Below, one piece after another: positions 21,541 through 29,194 of a stretch of DNA of 29,194 nucleotides. Positions within the stretch are counted from its first letter, which is position 1. Each line of letters starts with the position of its first letter. A program made the position numbers and the translations under genes. The notes under the pieces are model-generated. The model searched no databases, was not told where the DNA came from, and saw only the letters and a program-made list of their open reading frames with translations. Source of the DNA: Mesotaenium endlicherianum (Eukaryota); the NCBI GenBank assembly GCA_009602735.1, contig WELA01001569.1, positions 62,001 to 91,194 on the forward strand, given 5' to 3'.

Positions 21541-21895
21541 TGTCGAGGAGAGAGAATCGCTGGAGCCAGATGCTGGAGCAATTCCAAGTCTAGATTGACT
21601 ACAAACCAGGGAAGTTGAATCTTGCAGATGCACTCTCTAGAAGACCTGACTTGCAAGAAACCCACTTTAGTCAGTCGACAAAGTCCTTTGTGCACTCACT
21701 TCACTAAAAGTCAAAAAGTCCTTCCTTGAACAATTTAGGAAATTCTACCTTTCTGACCCAACATTTGAGCCCAGCCCAACAGATGGTGCGTGTCCTGCTA
21801 CCGCACTCGGGTATAAACTCAAGGGGGGGGTCTCGGTAATTAAAACCACTTCAGGCAGGCCGAAGCTGGTAATTCCTAATAACTTAGAAATAAGG
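21541..21895 (+). pseudogene. pol: Host element B0 pol fragment 3 (RNase H end to pre-integrase)
   Basis: [16 protein letters not shown]...[11 protein letters not shown]...[10 protein letters not shown]; colinear with about 26253-26614. Confidence 0.88.
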
Positions 21896-22642
21896 TGTAA
21901 TGAATCAGTATATTAGTGGATATGATATTCATTTAAATATAAATACTTAACTAAGTTCAGCCTGCTGAACTTTAGTTAATAGCCAGTCTGCTGGACTTTA
22001 GTTAATAGTCAGTCTGCTGGACTTTACATAATTATCAGTTTAATGACTCAGCCGGAAGCAGCAGGCTGAAGTCCATATAAGTCAACTTGCTGACCCATTC
22101 TTTGACAGCCAGCTCACTTCCGTACTCGGTAGTAGCGAACTGCCTTGACATACACCTAAGCACGATATGCTAGATGAATGGCCAGATGACATCCCTATGA
22201 TGGATGGCTATTCGGGATGATTGGAGATGGCGGTGGATTTGGTTAACCGAGGTCCTATCAACGTGGTTAACTCCCGGGTAGGCGGTGCCATCGCACTGAC
22301 CGTTGAACAGTAAACTCATTCCATGTACATATGCTAGGCATTGCTCTCGAGTTCGGCATTCGGAAACGAGGCCAACTCTCTTGTACAGCTGACTGAGAGA
22401 GATCTGAATCCAAGGCGAGAAGCCATTGATACGCACTGTCTTCTAACCTTGCTTATGTATGAGTTTACTGATTTGCATTATTGATGCTAGTTTACTCGCA
22501 TTTGACTTACGAGTATTATTCACTGCTAGTGTGTTGTCCTTTGCCGTTTAACCAGTTAACGGAAAATACCATAAAGATTACTTGCTGATATAAAGATCTT
22601 TATTAATTGTTAATCGCCTATTTGGTAAGTCGATTCATTTCA
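21896..22642 (+). repeat. 5' LTR of B2
   Basis: TGTAATGAATC...GATTCATTTCA with terminal inverted similarity; carries an extra 26-bp tandem unit at about 21962-22026 relative to the B1 LTRs. Confidence 0.93.
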
Positions 22643-22643
22643 G

Positions 22644-22656
22644 TGGTATCGGAGCA
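22644..22656 (+). promoter_or_regulatory. PBS (tRNA-iMet) of B2
   Basis: TGGTATCGGAGCA, 1 nt after the LTR CA. Confidence 0.9.
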
Positions 22657-22676
22657 GTTATCACAGTCTTCTTTGT

Positions 22677-24155
22677 ATGGTAAGGACAAGGTCTCAAACT
22701 AGCAACTCCCGAGACATGGAGAACCAGGATAACGAGAATGTCGAAAACCAGGCGGAAAGCCATGTAGCGGGAACCCGTACCTATTCCGAAGCAGTGGCAG
22801 ATACGGCAGCTAGAGAGGCTGCAGATGAGGCAGCTGCTATAGCCGCAGTCGCAACACAGCAAGCTGAGGAGGAGAGAGCCAGATTAGAAGCTGAACAAGT
22901 AGCAAAGGCCGCTGAAGATACAGAAAGGAGGGAAGGACAGCCAGCTGACGAGCGCACTGTTGAAGAACTTATGGCATCACGAGCCAATGTTCTGAACCCA
23001 CCCCCTGCTGTACAACTCAATGTACCCCTAGGTCAAATACGTGACCGGCTGAACGCGGCAGGAATTGCTGCTGCAGGAGCAAGAGGGATTGTTGAGGACA
23101 CTACTCAGCGAGTAGATGCCAATGCTGCTGCTGCATTTGCTAATCTACCACCCCAAAATGTAGACTTGGGAGCATTGTTCGTTCAGATGCAGTCGCAAAT
23201 GGCGACCATGTATCAGTCCCAGCAGGAGGACAAAAGAATCATAATGTCCCTACTCCGGGACAGAGACCAACTGGGGTCTCACACCACTAGTGGTGGTGGC
23301 CGAGGGCCTAGTAAGCCCAAGCCGAAACCTCCCCAGGACTATGATCCTGAGGGAAACAGAAAATATTACCTGATCAAGTTTCTCGCGGATGTTGAGCAGT
23401 GGCTGGAGAACTACCCAGAACTGCAAGATTACGAGAAGGTCAGGCACACCGGTGCGCTACTGAAAGGCAGTGCCGCAGACTGGTGGCTTTACTGGAAGGA
23501 AGAGCGTAAGGCTCGGCAACTCGGTGACCCTACGTGGGTAGAGTTTGTCGAGAAGTTGCATGAGAAGTTTGATGTCATCAACCAGCAGGAGAAAGCTATC
23601 TATGCGATTATATCCCTGACACTGAAGCAGACCACTTTTGTTGCTGAGTTTGCTCAAAAGTCCCAAGAGAACATGATGAAGCAGCCAGATTTGCCAGAAC
23701 GGTATGGGATAGCATACTTCAGGTATGGCTTGAAATCCGAGGTCTCTGGTCATTTTGCTGAGAAAATGTATGAGAAACTGGCTGACTTGATCCAGGATGC
23801 TGACGCCTGGGATCAGCAGCAGTTCAATCACAAACGCCAAAGTAATGCTTTGGTGTCTAAGATTGTCAAAAAGCCCCACGGTTCCTACCATGCAATTGAA
23901 GGATACCAGGCTGAGGATAATCAGGGTGATGAATATGAGTATGAGTACAATGCTATTCAGTCTAGAGGTAGAGGTGGTTCCTCTCGAGGTGGCTATGGAA
24001 GGGGTGGTGGTAGGACTAAGCCGAGACCAGCCTCAGCAAAATCTACTTGCTACCATTGTCAGCAGAAAGGCCACTACAGAGAACAGTGTCCGGTCAAGCA
24101 CCTGCCTAAGGTCGAGAGAAAAGACCAGCCTTTAAAAGACAGCAACAGTCAGTAA
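22677..24155 (+). CDS. gag: Gag, 492 aa
   Basis: Retrotransposon-gag-like [10 protein letters not shown]...[13 protein letters not shown]...YFRYGLK, an RGG tract and the CCHC knuckle [14 protein letters not shown]. Confidence 0.93.
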   Translation: MVRTRSQTSNSRDMENQDNENVENQAESHVAGTRTYSEAVADTAAREAADEAAAIAAVATQQAEEERARLEAEQVAKAAEDTERREGQPADERTVEELMASRANVLNPPPAVQLNVPLGQIRDRLNAAGIAAAGARGIVEDTTQRVDANAAAAFANLPPQNVDLGALFVQMQSQMATMYQSQQEDKRIIMSLLRDRDQLGSHTTSGGGRGPSKPKPKPPQDYDPEGNRKYYLIKFLADVEQWLENYPELQDYEKVRHTGALLKGSAADWWLYWKEERKARQLGDPTWVEFVEKLHEKFDVINQQEKAIYAIISLTLKQTTFVAEFAQKSQENMMKQPDLPERYGIAYFRYGLKSEVSGHFAEKMYEKLADLIQDADAWDQQQFNHKRQSNALVSKIVKKPHGSYHAIEGYQAEDNQGDEYEYEYNAIQSRGRGGSSRGGYGRGGGRTKPRPASAKSTCYHCQQKGHYREQCPVKHLPKVERKDQPLKDSNSQ

Positions 24156-24172
24156 TCCAGTCTACTGACTGT
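24131..24172 (+). promoter_or_regulatory. Predicted -1 ribosomal frameshift signal
   Basis: T_TTA_AAA in the gag frame (24131-24137), a 7-nt spacer, then a perfect 10-bp stem (24145-24154 with 24163-24172). Pol is in the -1 frame and open from 24110. Confidence 0.8.
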
Positions 24173-27100
24173 GAGGATGCTAGAGATAGTGAGTCGTCAC
24201 TAGCTGCCCTCGTAGCAGGTATTATGGGTCCTGCTGAACTGGATTCACTATGCATGCCTGACAAACAGATAAAGGAGACCATCAGCAATATAGACGTCCA
24301 GAGAGTGCACACTCTGGATGCTCTTGTTCCACCTGATGTCCAACATTTCTTTGCTAAGTCAGGAGAACAATGCAAAAGTCAGGAGAAGACAGTCCCCCCT
24401 ATCCTACCGCATTGCATGATTGCAGGTAGGAAGGTGAGGGCATTTGTTGACGGAGGGGCGTTACATACTTTTATCCACAAGGACTTAGTTAAGCGGCTAA
24501 GGCTGCCTACTGTCACCCAAGGGAATAGAAAAATATTCCTTGGAGATGCCTCAAGTATCCCGGGAGGAGTTATAACCAAGCCTATTGAGGTCCAGTTAGG
24601 TTCTGGCATTGCAGTTCTAACTGAAACGCTTACATTTGAGGTACTCAACACTGGCTTTTATGATCTCGTGCTAGGCAGGTCCTGGCTTAATAGACATCAA
24701 GCTGAAGTGTGTTGGAGCAGAGGTACAGTTAAAGTGAGAGGAGCCAGTGATGGGCAGACTGACTTGGCACCCACCAGTGCTCTTCCTCTTGTCCTGTGTG
24801 GATGGCAAATGAAGGAAAAGAAGAGGCTTCCAGAAGGATGCAAGTTGCTGAATGCAATGGAGTTCGTCAAAAGCTGGAACCAGAAGGAAGACAGAATGTT
24901 CTGTCTGCTGCTAAGAGAGGTACCTCCTCAACCTGAAGAAGTGGTTGAGAAAAAGGTACACCCTCCGGAACACCCTACTGCTGCAAACATTGTTGCTCAG
25001 TACACGGATGTGTTTAATATGCCTCCAGGACTACCCCCTAAGCGGGAAGTAGATCATAGGATTGATTTATTACCTGGTAGCCAGCCACCCTGGCAACGCA
25101 CGTATGGCTTGTCTTATTTGGAGAGCGAGGAGTTGAAAACACAGATTGTAGAGCTGGAGCAAATTGGTTACATTTCTCCCAGTAAATCACCGTACGGCGC
25201 ACCTATCCTATTTGTTGAGAAAAAGGATGGCAGTATGCGGATGTGTGTGGATTACAGAGCCCTGAACAGAATTACAGTAAAGAACAAGTATGCTTTACCC
25301 AGAATCGAGGACTTGCTTGATACCCTGTCTGGTGCTAAGGTGTTCAGTAAGATAGATCTCAAGAGTGGTTATCATCAAATCAGAATTGCTGAGGGGGATG
25401 AACACAAGACTGCTTTCCGCACACGTTATGGACACTATGAGTTCAACGTGATGCCATTTGGACTGACTAATGCTCCTGCTACCTTCATGGGTGCTATGAA
25501 TGACATTTTCAGACCTTATTTGGATAAGTTTGTGAAAGTTTTCCTGGATGATATTTTAATGTTCTCTAAAGATGAAGCTCAGCACACTGAACACTTAAAG
25601 ACAGTCCTGGACACTCTGCGGAAAAATCACTTATCTGCTAAAATGAGCAAGTGTGATTTCTTTAAGGAAAGCATTGAATTCTTAGGCCACGTTGTCAGTA
25701 AAGAGGGCATCCGTGTGGATCCTAAGAAAGTCCAGACCATAAGGGACTGGCCAGTACCACAGTCTGTCTCTGAAGTTAGATCCTTCCTCGGGTTGGCTAA
25801 CTACTATCGGAGATTTATTGAGAATTATTCCACAAAGGCCAGTACACTGACTGACCTCACTAAGAAAGACATCGCGTATGTGTGGGGGGAAGAGCAGCAG
25901 GCTGCCTTCCAGACCCTTAAAGATGCCCTTTGTTCTGCCCCAGTGCTAGCCGTGTATGACCCCAGCAAACCGGTGCAGGTGGTTACTGATGCCTCTGATT
26001 TTGCCATGGGTGCTATTTTGTTGCAGCCTGCTGACAAAACCACAAAGGATGGTAAGGTACGGCAGGAGTGGCATCCTGTGTTGTATGAGTCTATGAAATT
26101 TAATCCAGCGGAGATTAATTACTCAGTGCATGATAAAGAGCTGCTAGCTATCATTCATGTACTCAAACAGTGGAGAGCATACTTACATGGTAAAGCTTTT
26201 AAGGTGATTACAGATCATCTAGCTCTGACCCACTTTCAGAAGAAGTCCAAGCTGTCGAGGAGGGAGAACCGCTGGAGCCAGATGCTGGAGCAGTTCCAAG
26301 TCCAGATCGACTACAAACCAGGGAAGTTGAATCCTGCTGATGCACTCTCTAGAAGACCTGACTTGCAAGAAAGGAACTTTAGTCAGCATGCTGTAGATAA
26401 AGTCCTGTGTGCACTCACTTCACTAAAGGTGAAAAAGTCCTTCCTTGAACAACTTAGGAAAGCCTACCTTTCTGACCCAACATTTGAGCCCAGCCCCACT
26501 ACTGGTGTGTGTCGTGCTACTGCACTCGGGTATAAGCTGAAGGGAGGGGTCTGGGTGACTGAAACCGCTTCAGGCAAGCTGAAGCTGGTCATTCCTAATA
26601 ACCTTGAAATAAGGTCTCTCTTACTGAGTCAAGCTCATGACAGTCTCCTGGGTGGACATTTGGGGCAGGCCAAAACTGTTGGCAAACTGGCAAAACATTA
26701 CCATTGGGAGGGGTTACCCCGGGAGGTCTTGAAATATGTCAAGTCTTGTGACCAGTGTCAGAGAAATAAGTTTCGGCACACACCACCCGGAGGTCTCTTG
26801 CAACCGCTGCCCATCCCAGCTGGACGCTGGGAAACTATATCCATGGACTGGGTGGTCTCACTACCAAGAACTGCCAACGGGCATGATTCAATACTGGTAG
26901 TCGTGGATAAACTGACAAAAATGGTCATTTTTATCCCCACAACTGTCAAAGTGACTGCACTCGAAACAGCGAGACAGTTTTACAACCATGTAGTATGCCA
27001 ACATGGGCTCCCTTCTAATATCATCTCAGACAGAGACTCAAAATTCACCTCTAAGTTCTGGAGAGCTTTAATGGGGTTAATGGGAGTCAAACAGCTGCTC

Positions 27101-27956
27101 AGCACAGCAAACCACCCTCAGACTGATGGGCAGACTGAAAGAACTAACCGAGTTCTGCAGGAGGTGCTGAGAGCATATATTAACCAAAAACAAGATAATT
27201 GGAATGACCTGTTGCCTCAAATTCAGTTTGCGGTCAACAGTGCGGTGCACGCGTCAACGGGCAAAACTCCTTTTGAACTCAGCCTGGGTAGNGCTCAGCC
27301 TAGGTAGAGTTCCTAAGTCTCCTTTAGATGTACTGGGGGAGTCTTTAACTTGTCCTGAAGGGATTGACAACCCGGTCTCCCTCCAGTTAACTCAGAAATT
27401 TGCTGACACCCTCTCAGACGTCCAACGAAACCTGCACAAGGCCCAAGAAAACCAACAAAAATACGCTAATCAACACCGTCGGGAACTGACATTTTCCAAG
27501 GGGGATTTAGTCAAACTGCATTCTCAGCACCTGTACCTCCCTGGTGTGGTCAAGAAAAAGCTTGGCCCTGTCTGGGTCGGTCCATATTCGGTGGTCCGTC
27601 GTGTCGGTCAGAATGCTTACAAACTGAACATGTCAGCTGAATACAAGGGGCACCCGGTCTTTAATGTCTCCTTCCTGGAACCGTACATCAAAGGTGATAC
27701 ACTGTTCACAGGTCGGTTCCTTGTCCAACCAGGACCGGTCCCCGCTGTCCGGGACGGCGACCCTGAGGAATATGAGGTCGATGAGATTTTAGACGCTCGC
27801 TCGGTCCGTCGATCGTCTAAATATGTCATGAAATACCTCATTCGATGGAAGGGTTACGATGCCTCTGGGGACACTTGGGAGTTTAAGGACCACTTGACCA
27901 ATGCCAAAGGGGCGTTGACACGGTTCCACCTTCGGGCCGCTGGAGTCCCTCCATAA
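24131..27956 (+). CDS. pol: Pol: protease-RT-RNase H-integrase-chromodomain; the break at n27292 is probably an assembly artefact
   Basis: FVDGGA, VFLDDIL, VTDAS...DKELLA...ITDH...ADALSR, HHCC, D,D(35)E, VGPY and YEVDEIL...IRWKGY...DTWE. Confidence 0.93.
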
Positions 27957-28006
27957 CTGTCATTTCAGTTGACACGGGAAGGTGACAGGCGGTCCTGTCT
28001 CCATTT

Positions 28007-28022
28007 AAGTTGGAGGGGAAAA
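28007..28022 (+). promoter_or_regulatory. Internal PPT-like tract after pol (also at 9983-9998 on the minus strand in B1)
   Basis: ATTT-AAGTTGGAGGGGAAAA closely matches the true PPT context ATTTAGGTTGGAGGGA; preceded by the hairpin GACAGG-cggt-CCTGTC. Confidence 0.6.
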
Positions 28023-28243
28023 TATATGACAGTTAGTGAGCGAGAGCGATAAAAGAACAGTTACGTGAACCCTAAGTGTCAACATAATGACAGAGGGGAC
28101 AGCCTGGCCCACATAAAGCACCTTGAGCTGAAGGAAAAAGGGCCTCGCACAACACTACATCACTTAACTCACCCTAAAACACACTCATACGTTTATGTGT
28201 AGCGCATCGCAACTACGTCAACTTTTAGCAATTGTCCTGTAAG

Positions 28244-28345
28244 GTAAACAGCAGCGAATCCATTATACTAATACTAACATACTTCCTGCAATCCCTATGA
28301 CAAAGGTCCATATCCTACTAACTTGTGCCCTGGTTACATGTGCAG
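28244..28345 (+). other. Putative 5'-UTR intron of ORF3 (B2 copy)
   Basis: AAG|GTAAAC at 28244, TACTAAC at 28316-28322, TGCAG|G ending at 28345, ATG at 28347. Confidence 0.6.
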
Positions 28346-28346
28346 G

Positions 28347-29194
28347 ATGGCGCCCACCACACAAAAGGAGGACAGAAAGCGCAAGGCAGAAGAAGCCAGG
28401 AGGACAATGGAGCAATACCAGAAGGAGCTGGCGGCGACGTCCCTCACCAGGAGAGAACAAGAAAGGGTCCGCAGACAACAAGAGGCGGCAGAAGAGGCAA
28501 AGAGGAAGAAGGATCAGGAAGCGGAAAACCTCAGGAAAGCTGAGGAGGAGAGACAGAAGAAACAACAAGAAGAAGCGGCAGCGGCAGAGGAGGAGAAAAG
28601 GAAAAAGATTGAAGCGGACAGACAGAAGAGCTTAGCCACTTACAGGTGTACTGTGGTGGGTGGCCTAAACTTCGATAACTTGAAAGAAGCATTGCTGGCA
28701 GCCCAGGAGATCAGCAGGCTGGAACAGACAACGCTGCTACAGCGGGAAGGACTGGATAGGTACATCGAGGCACACACTGGTGTGGTCCTCTACGAAGATT
28801 ATGCCAAAATGGTGGGCTATACAGCAGAGCAGGCCCGGTATCTCGCAGATGATTCAGAGGACAAGCCGGTCCCCATACCGGGAATAGTGGGAGATCAGAG
28901 ACTCATCCGGATGGTGAGCATGCGGCCCGATAGCTTTAAGGATACGGTATTCTACCTCACACTACTGCCAGCTTACAATGAAGTTGAGAGAAGGAGCTGG
29001 GAGTACTTGGCCAGGGAAGCAGGGCAGCAGATGTTCTCTCCCCACTGGTTCCCGTGTAAATTGAGGAAGGCTGAGCACGGACCCCTGTACTACCAGCAGC
29101 CAACAGACTGGAGGTGAATGACCGTCACAAATAAGAAGCAGGAGTGTGACCGAGCCCAACCGGATGACTTCCACTATGGCCTAGACGGCTATCT
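28347..29194 (+). pseudogene. Family-B accessory ORF3 (B2 copy) with a TGG>TGA stop at 29115-29117, truncated by the window end
   Basis: Aligns to the 8489-9622 protein on both sides of the stop (WR*MTVTN...PDDFHYGLDGY). Confidence 0.8.

Larger units (their letters stand above)
21896..29194 (+). mobile_element. Element B2: nearly intact family-B chromovirus, running off the window
   Basis: LTR, PBS, open gag, open pol, chromodomain and ORF3. Inserted after TAAGG (predicted TSD, 21891-21895) in B0. Confidence 0.95.

Noticed and set aside
22677..22685. Gag ATG|GTAAGG as a gypsy-env-style donor supplying the ORF3 start codon
   Set aside because: Splicing to 28346 would put this ATG out of frame with ORF3, giving only a short peptide.
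24442..24470. Protease motif DGG instead of D(S/T)G as a sign of inactivation
   Set aside because: It is present in both B1 and B2, and DGG variants occur in other Gypsy proteases.

Overview
Eukaryotic repeat DNA with no host gene, probably from a plant or green alga (inferred from the tRNA-iMet primer sites, chromovirus types and a plant-type 5S motif). It is a stack of nested transposons built on one degenerate plus-strand Ty3/Gypsy chromovirus pol (B0: 6467-7015, 19730-20216, 21541-21895). Four elements split B0: (A) a minus-strand, gag-less chromovirus-type element (to 6466), whose own 3' LTR is interrupted at 327/328; (B1) a minus-strand copy of B0's own family (7016-19729, TSD GTCTC); (D) a probable solo LTR (20217-21536); and (B2) a nearly intact plus-strand family-B copy (21896 to window end). 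B1 itself holds a solo LTR (11617-12325, TSD TTGCA) and an intact piggyBac (12692-16016, TTAA TSD, 764-aa transposase). Most interesting: (1) element A carries three tandem 5S-rRNA box A/box C units in its leader and a tRNA-like A/B-box in its LTR, all antisense to the element; (2) family B carries a conserved non-env accessory gene after the chromodomain, preceded by a conserved intron-like unit and a second hairpin+PPT; (3) family B has a -1 frameshift signal between gag and pol; (4) the piggyBac transposase has a possible Tudor-like N-terminal domain. Alignments and counts are by eye and approximate.
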